A DNA stretch of 64,000 bases. Origin: Yuukianura sp. NJ FZ-2021 (lineage: Eukaryota). The position numbers and the translations under genes are program-made. The notes under the pieces are model-generated. The model was not told the DNA's origin, did no database searches, and was given only the letters and a program-made list of their open reading frames with translations. Location: NCBI GenBank assembly GCA_046563655.1, contig CM102285.1, positions 12,090,001 through 12,154,000 on the forward strand, written 5' to 3'. Below, one piece after another: positions 37,351 to 49,800 of the stretch (position 1 is its first letter; each line of letters starts with the position of its first letter).

Positions 37351-37446
37351 AATTCTGCCCGTTTTCTTCTAAAATCTCCCAAATCTGCCCGCTATCATCT
37401 GAAATCTCTCTGTTCTGCCCGCTATCTTCTCATATCTCTAAATTCT
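37351..37446. repeat. 30-bp minisatellite, about 3 copies
   Basis: tctgcccg(c/t)t.tc.tct..aatctc unit at 30-bp spacing. Confidence 0.75.
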
Positions 37447-39522
37447 TGTTAACATTTATTGAAATTTTTGAAGAAAATCGGAATTTAACTAACAAAATCA
37501 TCCAAATTCTGCCTGTAATCTTCTCAAATCTTAACATTCTGGTCCATGTTTATTGAAATCTTCCAAAACATGTCCTGTCTTCACTTCCTCTGTTTTTTTG
37601 TAAGAAATCTGATCTTCCAAAAAAAACGTATTTTTTCTCGTTTTTTCCATTGTTCATGTAAAAATCGTCCCAAGCATACACAAAAAAAAGTTAGGACATT
37701 ATAAAAGTGAAGAGGTTCTGGATAAATAATTACATCACATGCAAGGTTGCTTTCCAAACTTTTAACATCGCTTGATTAACAGAGCGAGTTAAGAAGAAGA
37801 TACGCAACTTGAGGTAAGAAAGGACTTTCTGGAAGGTCTTTTGGAACAAACTAACAGATCAAAACCTCATCTCTGCCCCTTCACAAGATCCTGCCGAGTG
37901 GAAATGTCATTGTCTTCGGAGATCAGATGACCCTGGAAGACAACAAGCACTCTCTCCGTCGTCAAGTGACATGCAACTTCCATTTCCCTCCAGAATTTTA
38001 AAAAGGCTCCTCTTACTACCTTCAAGGCCTCTCCAAGGGCCCCTTCAGAATAATTAACTTTCATCGTCTTAAGAATTACCCCTAATTTCCCAACCCCTCC
38101 TAATGGAAAATAAAAGTTTTTTAGCTCCTTGGATTCAAGATAGAAAATAAAAGATTTTTTTAGCTCCTTGGATTCAAATCTTCCTCTCTTCAAAATTTCA
38201 AAAGTCAAGGGCCCAGAGATAGGATCCCTTAAACACTGATGGACCAAGATTAAAACAAAGTGGAGAGGGCCACGGAAAAACTTATGAGAATTACCTTCAC
38301 AACAGCCCCTGCGGGACTTTTGTGCTACAATTTGGAAGCCCTTAGAAGTGGTCCTTAGCTCAGTAGTTAGCTACCTTCACAACCACGTCCAAGTCCCCCC
38401 TCCTTATGACATTTCCCATCTGACAGCCTCCTGTATCTAGTTCCTAAGGGTCCCTCAACCTCATTTTCTATTTCCAAAACGCATCTTCCATCATCATCTC
38501 TGAAGGGAATGAGGCCATGCATACAAAAAAGGACACCAGAGATCCTTCCTCATCTTGAAATCCAGGGAGCAAAAGGCCTCTGCCAACTGTCAAGGGTCCC
38601 CCTCACTACTTGTTGCTCTCTTGCAGCCTCTTCTAGTAGTGCTACCTTGATCAACCAACAATAGAAAAGCAGCTTGTAATTCCATTCTCCTCTGCAAGTA
38701 CCTACATCGACTCCACTTTAAGGGCCCTGGTCCCTTCAATTGTTCTCTATTTACTTTGGAACCTTATCCACTACTACTCCAGAAGAACATCATCAAAAAG
38801 CCATAATTAGCGTCTCAGTTTGAAGTGCAAAGTGTCCTTGTCCTAATCGAGGCACCAGGGGACTTCGATTTCAAAATTTTAAAAATCAAAATCTCATGTT
38901 TCAAATGCAACTTTCCAAATTTCGAAAACAGCTCGAGCTCTCCAACACTAGTAGCTTGAGGGCCCTTATTTTTTAAGTCCCCCAAGCAACATCAGTCAAG
39001 CGTATGTCTTAAACTTTTCCTCGCTCTCTTGCGTACCTTTTCAAGCGATTGTTTAAGGGACCCCAAAGAATTTCACCTGTCGAAGGGCCCCCGTACACCG
39101 TACTTAATATCCCCGTTCTAATTAACTTCCCACTCTTACATTACAATTACACGGTAATTTTCTAAACATAACCAACCAAAAACAGCAGGACCCAACAACA
39201 TTTAAAACTTTTGATCCAAAACGCTAACCATTTTTCTCCAGCCAAGCCACGCCAACCTGCTAATTAACCAAAAAAGGAAACCGAAACCACAAGCGGTAAA
39301 GAATTTCTTTAAAAAAAAATTGCTGCCCATCTCCAAATTCTTTTCAGATTACACTTTTTGCTCCTCTGGAATCATTTTTTCGTGGTACTTCAAGGGCCAA
39401 CGCCTTCCTGTTCTAAAAGAGCCTGTCAAGGGTACTTTCTTACGGTATTGGTGATACCCATCTCCTCAACGGTACTTGGGTTAACTCTAACGACAAACTA
39501 CTCTCAGACAATTGTTAAGGTA

Positions 39523-40843
39523 TAGTGATGCAACGGGTACGAAGTACTACGTCGTTACTTCGTGCGAGTAGATGCGAGTACGAGTAATCGCTAATACTCG
39601 TACTTCGCAACTCCAGTACTTCGCACTCGCAAAAAATTCAACGAGTACCAGGCAAGTACTTGCTTTAAACCAACAGCAACTTTATTTTTCAATTTTCTTC
39701 AAAATCCTTAAATTGTAATGCAAAAAGGCTAAGGTTTCTCCTCGAATAGGCAGAAGTCGATTCCTTTTGTCTTCGTAGATTGTTCCTTTCTCTGAGAATA
39801 ACCTTTCACTGCTAATTGAGCTCGCCGGCGCTGACAGAAATTTTTTTGCAGCGACGCTGAGTGTGGAAAAAGAAGAATGAATTTGTGCCCAAGTCTTAAT
39901 ATCAGTTGTGAAGGACACACTTGTAGTGACTCAACTCCGGTCCGGCAATTGCGATAGAGTTCAGGGATGACCGTATCGGTGAAATATGGACGAGATGGCA
40001 TTTTGTACTTCGGCGCCAAATTCAAAACCAATTGGTTGAACCCAGAGTCTTCCACGATACTAATTGGCTGGTTATCTAGGGCGATCATTTCGCCAATTAA
40101 TTCATGAATGTGCTTGGCTTTTTGGTGGTTGGTGTCCCATTTTTCCTTGCTCTCCAGAAAAGAATGAAGGGTATGCTGTGAATTGGGCTGACGTTGGTTT
40201 TCGGATTTCAGCAGTTCTGCGTAAATCTGCTTGTGTTTGAAGTTTAAGTGATTACGGAGACTGCTCGTAGAAATTCTATTCCCGAACTTGCACTTAACCT
40301 GGATTGAGCAGGCGTTACACTTCGCTTGGTCAGCAGTACGTTTGAAATAGTTCCAAATCTTGCTTAGCGTGCGCTTTGAGGAAGATGACCCGGGTTGTTG
40401 ACATCGACCGTCTATAAGTTGATTTCAATTTACAAAGGGCATAAGAAATAAAGTATAACTGGTAAATCGCACTCAAAGTCTAAGAAACACTTACCCTCGT
40501 CACCTTCAATTAGTGGATCTTCATCTTCCATTCTCTCATCGTCTAATTCAACCAATTGCTCCATTGTTTTGTTCAATTATTAACTTTAAAGACAATTAAT
40601 GCTAACACTGCGAATCATATCTTATCTTGGAGCGAAAAAGAGAAAGAGCCTTTGTTATTGATTCTTAACTTTAAAGGGATTGGAACGTGTCGACAAACTG
40701 TCGTTATATACACGTGCGTGCGCATTCAGTTTGACCATGTTGTACTCGCGATTACTCGCGCGAGTAATGCTACTCGCGGGTAGAGAAGTCGTCTCTACCC
40801 GCCAGTAATTGTACTTCGCAACTCCGTACTCGTTGCATCACTA
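39523..40843 (-). mobile_element. Internally deleted hAT DNA transposon, 1321 bp
   Basis: TIR TAGTGATGCAACG(G/A)GTACG (18/19 match); perfect 8-bp TSD ttaaggta (39515-39522 and 40844-40851); multiple CGAGTA/TACTCG subterminal motifs at both ends; transposase remnants inside. Confidence 0.96.
39682..40564 (-). pseudogene. Truncated hAT (ZBED-like) transposase: BED zinc finger plus C-terminal hATC remnant
   Basis: Exon 40495-40564 (MEQLVELDDE...), intron 40412-40494, then exon from 40411 encoding SKIWNYF..CNAC..SLRNHLNFKH (BED) and IALDNQPISIVEDSGF..APKYKMPSR. Frameshift near 39925. In a second frame VSFTTDI is joined directly to W..FSTLS..AKKFLSAPASSISSERLFS..KRNRL, so most of the catalytic core is deleted. 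Confidence 0.92.
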
Positions 40844-43800
40844 TTAAGGTAGGTCATAAGTATTCCTCACAGTCAATTCTGGAAGTGACAGTTGGGGAAA
40901 GCTGAAACATCTTTTGTTCCCAGTATCAGATTCAAAAAAAGATTTTTTCGAAACCGCCAAATGAGGATTTAGCCCTGAGCAGCCCGATTTGAGGAAGACC
41001 CCATGGGGTTTGACCATCCGCCGTCTCTTAAGGCCCAAAGGGCTCCCCTGTCTCTCCACAAGCCCTTACATTTTCCATCCCTTTACAAATTACAAAAATC
41101 TAGCGTTTCACCCAAGTTCTTAGAATTTTAGAACAACTAAAACGCCGATTCACATTAAAACGATACCCCAGCAAGGAAAAAATTTTTTGATGTGAGTAGT
41201 TTATAACGGCGAGACTTGGGATGATGAATTGCTCGCTTGTTTTCTCTTGGGATTGATTGTGTATTGTTATTTTTTTATATTTTGGAAAAAAAATCCCTTG
41301 AGTTTCAAAAAAAAAAACATTTCCAAGGGATCTTCGTAAGACAACGAAGGGCCCCCCTCAAAATTTCCTTTTTTCACCACATCATAACCGTAAAAACTAA
41401 ACAAACCCCCACAAAACAGTTTTAAAAACTCACAAACTCTCCGAAATCGAAATCTCCTAATCAAATTACGAAAAAAAAATTGTAAGAATCTCAAAATTTT
41501 CAAAAACTTTTCCAAAAAAAAAAAATTACCGAAACCCAGCCCCAAATACTACTTTTAATCTAAAATTTTCAACATGAAACAGAGTTAAATGAGCCAAATT
41601 TTTTAAATGGTATCAAAATCCTACTTTTTCAAAGAAACAAAATCAGAGATAGATTGATAATTTTTAAAACATGGAAAAAGTATAAGTTAGAAAGTACTTT
41701 TGAAATCAGGAATTTGAAAATGAAGTCATAAATTGTGGTTTCCGTACATTAACTTTTGCCATTATCTTTTGAATGTTCGAAGAAAAAGTTAACACAGCGG
41801 ATTAACAATTTCTAACCTTCTCAAAAGTAATACTCACCACCACCTTTAACAACAATAGGAATCACAATTTTTTGTTTTTAAAATTCATAGCATGTTTTCT
41901 GTAGTAAAATAAATCCGACAAAACTCTTGCCCTCCTCCTTACCCTTTAAAATTCAATTTCTGCAACTCACACATTACAAGCATCTCAAAAATTCTTCACA
42001 ATTTTTCCCTATAACTTTTCCTCATCAGTTTTTAACGCTCGTCGTGAGCAAAATTTCAAATTCTTTTTTGCTTGTACGGATCATTCAACGCTGCCGTTTG
42101 AGGATCCACACGTTTTAAAATCCTTGTTCACAGTTTATTTTTTAAGTGTTCACCTCCTCCTTCATGTTTCTCAATCAAATGTCTTTATGCTTCGTCAAAT
42201 TCTTCAAAATTCTTCATAACCTGAGCAATAAAATCCTAACGAACTCCCTGCCCTCAGTCCAATACTTCCAAATCAAAACGGAATTGCATGCACACCCTCA
42301 TAATAATTTCAAAATTTCAAATGATCTCTAAAATTGGACGTAATTCCAAAGATCCTTGGAGCTTCAAATCAACTTTAAGCTTCAAATGAACAAGATTCAT
42401 CTCAAAAGTGTTCTTGCATGATTTTTGACTACTTCCACCATCACACTCCCTACAATTAAGGACGAGCTCCTCATTCCATAAATTATAGGAATCTTTCCCT
42501 TATTCTGCTCAAAGCCAAACCATGTAACTTACTTGTCACGTTAAGTAACAAGTGAGGATCCAGTGATCTTGACAGCGAATGAGCAGCAGCATTTTCCATA
42601 TTGATCATCCCTCGTTACTCTCATCCAAATTTTAACCCTCCAAAGTCGTGCCAAAGATCCACTTCCTCTGGCTCTTTAGCATTAAAGCGTCAAAACGACT
42701 CCCAGTCGCCAGTAGTTTCATACAAAAAAGACTATTGGATCCAAAGATCACTTTCCAGAAATGGTAACAAGAGCAAAATTGCAAAATGAACTTGAGACCA
42801 TGACGTTTATGCAAATGCTAATCTCTAGTCCACCTACCTCCGCAAAATCTTTCAAACACAATGCACATCAAAGGAAATCCACACAACGTCAAAATTTCAA
42901 AAATTATGACGTAAGTAAAAATCATGTGCCTAATTTTTGCACCCTGTACAGCAAAGACCTTGGACCAGCTTGACCCAAATAACACACGAACGCTGCATGG
43001 TTTAAGTCAAGCGAACCACAGAACTTGAAAAAACGATGCTAAATTGTGTGCTAACTTCCAGAACAAACTCTTTTGAAAACCGTAGTTTTAAAATTCAAAT
43101 TAAATTAAATGCGAAGTTAAGCTATTAGAATAAAAAATTGAGTCTAATGACTACTCAATTCGGTTTTGAGAGCACCAGAAGTGTTATGCAGCATCTTCGA
43201 ATACAGCAGTTACATAACTTTTAGCTTCCAAGATCAGCTTCTCAGTGGCACTTTCAAGTTCAAGAAATTATCGCTCACTCGAAGCGATAATTGGTAGGAA
43301 ACAATTAGTTTTAGTTTTTGAAAATGGAGATCCCAGCATCGTCAGCACTCCAACTCTAACTTCTCTTCTGCTTATTCGAAATTCAAATCCATTTCTCAGC
43401 AGCCTTCGTTTTAGTTTACACCAAGAACATGACTGAAAGACGAAGATCCTAAAGATGAAACTGATTCCGACGCCGAGTAATTCTTGCATCCTTGAAGGAG
43501 ATGAAAGATCACAACAAGGTTTTCAAAAAACCTACGACATAACGCCTCCACTGCCTAAAAACCACTTCGGGTCACGGACAGTCAGTTTTCAGTTTCTACT
43601 AAAAATGTCAAACTCACTTTTTGGAAATTTCGACAAGTCCAAAAATGACCTCAGCAGCACGTGGAAAATCCAAAAATCAAAGAAGGGGTCACTAATCCTC
43701 TGACCCTGCATACACTTTCGTCTGGAAAAATCTTGACAATATTTACTCTTTCCAATTTCCAGTATTTCTAGCCTTGATTGAGTCATTTTCCAAAAGTCAA

Positions 43801-46800
43801 AGTGTGATGATAGTACATCGTCATAATATTTACTTAGGATTGTCAGGGGAGTCCTGGTTGTAGGAAAATGTAAGTTGCTACTGCTTCTGCTTCAAGAAAA
43901 TAGTAAAACTGCTCTCCTCCTTCTTCGATAAAGTAATTTGATAAAAGCTAAAAGTAACTACTGAATTCTATTTACACTTCGGAACCAACACCCTAAAAAA
44001 TGCCACGTCCACCCAAACACTACTAACAATGACTAATCTTGTTCCACCAACACTTCAATCCATGACACTCTGCTTCTCCATCTTAGAAAGTTGTAAAAAG
44101 TTCGTCCAATTCTACGTACTTGGAAAACTCATTTATTTTAAAAAGGTACTTGGACTCAAGTACTAAAAAGAATCTCCGATAGCACAAAGTAGCACCAAAC
44201 TTGATCTTGGACATCTTCGTTTTTCAGATTTTACAACTTTTTCTCTGAATTAGAAAATGTAAAACCAATCTTAAAATCTGTGGAGGTGGACCAGTTGAGG
44301 TGTCCAAAAACTGACAATTCCAACACGTCAAGTCCAACTTCTGTCAAATCCAGTAGCACCTTAAACCCAAATCTTCCAAAATCTTACCAAGTTTCAAAAT
44401 TTTATAGACATCATCCCCCTGTACACATTTTCAGATCAAATCCAGAACCAGTTAGCCCATCTCTTTTGAATCATCCAGAAAGACTCTGCTATTATGATCA
44501 TTACCAAAAGGTGAACGTAAAACCGCAGAAAAACAAGATGACACGATATCCTCCCTCCGAAAACTTGTAAATTGCTGGGTACACTTCTTCATAAGCCTTA
44601 TTTTTTCAAAAAAAAATCAATTCAAATGACAATTCTAAAGATGAAAAAGCAAAAAGGTCTTGGCCCTGGAGACACATTTGCTCATCTTCATGTTACCAAG
44701 TTCTTAAAAATCTTTAAGAAGAAGATCTGAACAAAGAATAAGAAGATGCTGTGGACTTTTCCTGATCATCAAGGACACGCTACCACCTTTCCTGATTTTC
44801 CATCTCAGCTTTCCTGATATCCCTTCCATCTCAGCTTTCCTCATCCTGATATTCCATCTTGAGATTCTGACAACTGTTTTCCCATGAATTCTAAAGAGCT
44901 TCTCTTCTTTCGGAAAAGTGCAATTAAAACTTGAACTAGTTAGACCACCACAATTAAATAACTCTTTCCAAGAGCTGAACTTTGTGTAACCCTTGGGCAT
45001 TCAATAACAATGCAAAAAACAGCTCACTCAGACCTTTCAAAATTTCATTCTCAGAGTTCAGCCCACGCTCTTCTCCAAATGAATTACTCCTTCTACCTAT
45101 ATTTGTAATCTTAAGTGCCCAAGTTTTTTAAAAACGTCTTGTGCAACAACTTACATAGAACGTGTTTACTGTATCAGAGACTATCGTATTTAAACATCTT
45201 CCTAAATGTTTTAACTTGCTAAAATTTGTAATTACAACAATTTAGACCGGAATGTTGTGTTGTCTCCCAAAAAATCCTTGTGTACAATCTACCATCAACC
45301 AAACGCCAACGCACAAACATGTTCAAAGATCATCCATCAATAGATGACCTCAGACTTTCGAGCATATTACATATTTAAGTAAAGCAAAAGCTGCCTACGA
45401 AGTGACCTTTCAACTTAACTGTCTTCTTAACATTACCAGCAATAAGAAACTCATAAAAATTGAAAACCAAACAAGTTAATACTCTGCGAAATTTCAAATA
45501 TGGTCAACTTCCTAATTGATCTTCGCCGAGTCTCTCTCTTGCATCTTAAATTCATGTTATTACATGAAGCAATTTGACATAAAATTAGTCTCTATGCTCT
45601 AAATTCTTACGTTTTTTCAAAAATTAATGCCTACCATAAATGGATCTTGTACACAATGGTAAAATTGGTTAACAAATTGCACAATATCACAATCCCTAAG
45701 TTCCTTTCAAGCTAATGTGCGTGAGCGCGTGAAAGTTTTAAATTTTCAGTTTCAGTTTACATTTTGGTTTCAAACGTTCCCAGCATTACCAAAAACCAAA
45801 ACAAACGCAGAGTTGATGGTGCGATGATTAACAAGATGAGCTCAGAGAAGGGCATAAGCCGCCTTGCATAAAAAAGTGAGAGCCAAGTCCTACTAAAAAG
45901 TTATACAAAGGACTCAAGGAAAAAGACCACCATTTTCGCACAGTTGCAAAATAAAAGATGAGCATGAAATTGCACCCACGCCACAACAAGGCGGATGAAA
46001 TTGCACTTACTGCAGACAGTCTGTGCTAAATTTCTGATTTTCCTTCTACATCGTCCTTCTTAGCTTAAAAACGATTTGTAAAAACAGTCTGGCTACAAAA
46101 ACCGTGCAAAGAACAAAGCTAAACTAAAAACTTAGCCTAATGTAACTTAAATTTTCAAAATTTCGAATTGTAAAAACAGAAAACAGCATTTTCTTCATTT
46201 CTCACGCAATCCACTTTGTCTCTCCTTTTTCCTTTGTTCGATGATGACAATTTAAACGAACACATAGGAATTAATTTTCTACTTTTAGGTTAGTGCAAGG
46301 CCACCAGGAAAACAACTGATTTTTTAGTACTACTTCGGATGATGTCATTTCTCGCAAAAGATCGCACAATCTAATTTTTTGGCAACTCAGACTAACTTTT
46401 CCCCTCTCTCTCAAAAAGTAAAGTCGCAAATTATGTAGTGTGAAAAGGTTAAGTGGATTGATCCCAGTGAAAAGGCGAATTGAGTAGGAAATTGATAAGA
46501 ATTCATACTTTAAACAGCGGAATTTTGCATTCCACACAGATGAATTGAAAGCTTTTGTGAAATTGGGAATTGTGAACCCTTAACGACTTTGCCAGAGACA
46601 TAAATTATCCGACCCCACCTGTAGAATCACTGAATTCGCATGGGAAAAAACAAGAGAGTCTCTTTCTGCTGAATCTTTGAATTTAACTCAAGTGTAATTG
46701 CCCTTCTCCGACCGAATTCAAATTCTTACCTACACCAAACACAGTGGTTCTTCTGAGGAACCATTAAAATTACACAGGAAGGTAGTTAAACTCTGTTAAA

Positions 46801-49800
46801 TGATAGGGCTCCTATTACTTTCTTACTGTTTTCATTCGCAATTCAGGAAGAATCAACTGTTTGCCGAAACTGATCATCAAGAAACAGAATCAAAAAATCA
46901 AATTGATACCAATAAAATGAAATTCAATCCAAATTCAATACTTTATGAATACTACAGTGAGCGCCAGCTAAAACCATACATCCAGAATTGTTTAATTTTG
47001 CAACTGTGGAGGGAAAACATGTGAAATTACGCGATTTGCAAAAATTTCGCCATAAGAATGTAACTGAAGTTTCACCATTCTGAGTTACGTTTCCCGCCAT
47101 GTTTACCAAATTTTCACCTCGTTTCTACGGAAACAAAATAGGGGTGTATGGTTTTAGCTGGCGCTCACTGTATAATGAATATAACAATCAATTTAAAACA
47201 GAAATAGCCATAACAAACTCATCCAGATTGAAAATGTCCAGAAATTGGCGTTTTGAATTTCACTTTATGTTGCGGATCGACGTCAACCAATTTTCCAAAA
47301 TTAAAACTCTGCACCAACCTTGCTTAAAATATATTCAGATTTCTCGCATACAGTTTTTCATTATTTTGATTTCCGTCAAAATTTCAAACCTTCAAATTTC
47401 ATTGAAAGAAGCAACAAAAGTATAACAAAATTCCGAGGTGTCATGTTCACAATACTGGAAATCGTAATTCGTAAAATACAAATCTTACCTCTTCTGGACC
47501 AGACGTTCAAAAACTAAGATTCAAGAGATGGCAATAAAAATAAAAACAACGCCAACTTTCACCCGGATATCTGCGTGCGAATTCTGTCTAAACTCTGTCC
47601 AGAACCAAGCACTTCCAGCAGTTCAAAAGGAAATTCCGAGTTCCCACGCTAGTTCCGGCACAGTTCCACGTAAACAAAGCAAATGAGTCAGTTCAAAATT
47701 ATTACTGCCAACCAGGAAGCCGCTCGCCTGGATTTTCACATGGTTTGCAACACAAAAACAATAGAAATGTTTGGAGGAGATGTGCCTAGGTGATTGTAGA
47801 TGAGGAGCTAATCAAGACTGAAGATGACATCGGCCCAGCAGTCACCACTTTCCAAAACATGAGGTTGTAAGATCTTAGGGGGTTTCTTGTTCAATGTTCA
47901 ATGTTCCTCAAGGCTGTCTTTTAGCCTGTTCTATTGTTGTTTCTGTAACTATAGTTCCCTCCTGAATTCCACCCTGTCTTCCACCCTCAGCCTCACTTTA
48001 AGTATCCGAATCCCATTGGAATTCCCTTCAAATCTCACAGGTAGGATCCAACAACGTCTTCAAGACCTTGTAAACGGTGAGGATGACATAAGGAACGCCG
48101 AGCATCTTTGCAACAAGTTCTCACGGAATTAACAACCAGCTTAAAATTCATCCGACGGAACAATTCAAATATAAAAATCTTAAATCAAAAATCAGGATTC
48201 ACAAAACTTTTTATGATTCACGATTCCTGATGGAAAAACAATAAAAGTAACAGTGAATCTAAAACCAAACAGATCCGAGATGCAAAAAAATGTCCCAAGT
48301 TTCGACGTCGCCCAATTTTTCGAAATCAAAATCTAGCACTGACTATTGCATAAAATAGTTCGGATTCGTGCTCCATTTTAGGCAATGATTTTTACACCGA
48401 TTTAGCTGCAAAGATTTCCGTCAACTGTATATTTTCAATTGAAACCTAGCGTCAACTTCTAAATACTCCGCGGGGAAGGGGATACAAAGATGTTACGTTA
48501 ATGTTACTTCTACGGACTGAAATTTAAGTTTTGAAGTTCTCGTGTGGGGTAGTTTAGGCAGGAGGGATGAAAGTGCTTGAGGATAAATCCAGGCGTAAGT
48601 GGGCAGAATCTGTTTACCTGGTCTCAGACCAGAATCTGTACCTAGTTGCATCTCTTAACGTTAAGTAATTTCCACGCTCCCTCTGAGCATCTTCCAAGAC
48701 AAAACTTTTTGGAAGTTCTCTTTACAAAGTCCAATGGAGGTAGCGTTACGAACAAGGCATAAGAAAGAATTTGAACTGAATGAGAAGTCTTTTCTTACAG
48801 ATTTTTCCTTTTAGAGAATCCTCTCAGGTCCATCGACTGAAAATTGAGTCCATAAAAGTAATGGGGTCGGACATGACCGGAGTCTGATCTTTGAAAAGAA
48901 ACTTTTACCTATGTGGACTCTCTTAAAAGACTATTCACACGTCATTTAACTAACCTTTGCCCTATGTATTATATCATCCAACTATGAAAAAAGTGAAAAG
49001 AAAAGTGCCAAAAAGTTTAACTTCTCCACTCTCCAGAAAATGATAAAAACTTGTTTCCAAAAATCTAGAAAATGTAAACTTTTTAAGTCCGATTCCGCAA
49101 AAACCAGTCGAATTCTCGCATTTCAATCGAAATTGCCAATAGGCATTGTTATGTTAAAAGAAAAAGAATTGAAAAAACATAAATTCCACTGCGTACGAGC
49201 AAATTTTTGACAATGCGCCTGGTCTATCGACATTCTTTTCAAAATCAAAGAGATTGTTTATACCTCACTTTACGAGTTTCGGTAAAAGCCAAATTGGAAA
49301 ATAATTGCAGTGCAAGAGGGAAAAGCAAAATAAAAAGTTTATCTTCAATTCAATTGTTAAAGAAAAAGTAATTATTTTGGACGTAAATGGTTTCTGTACG
49401 TACATTTTGTCTTTGTCGCCTACTGCTCGAGTCTTTAACATTACATTTTACGTATACAAGAGTGTCTGATTTTAAGGGAAAAGCCCATGTGCTAGCGGAA
49501 TACTAATTTTTAGCAATGGATTGGATTCCATTCCTAACAATTGTCTGAATTAAAACAAGCACCACCAAATGTTCCAAGTCACGGAAAAACTGGTTTTCAT
49601 CAACCGAAAAACTTAGCTAACAAATGGAATTCGACAACTCCAAACGAATACTAATCAACATTGAAAACTATTCAAGATTTTGGCGCTTCTGAATTCTGGA
49701 CACCTTTCAAAATTAACTGAAGACGAAGAGCATTATTAAAAACCATTTCATATAAGAAATGAAGAAATAAATAACCAACTAACTTCTGACTAAAGTGTCC

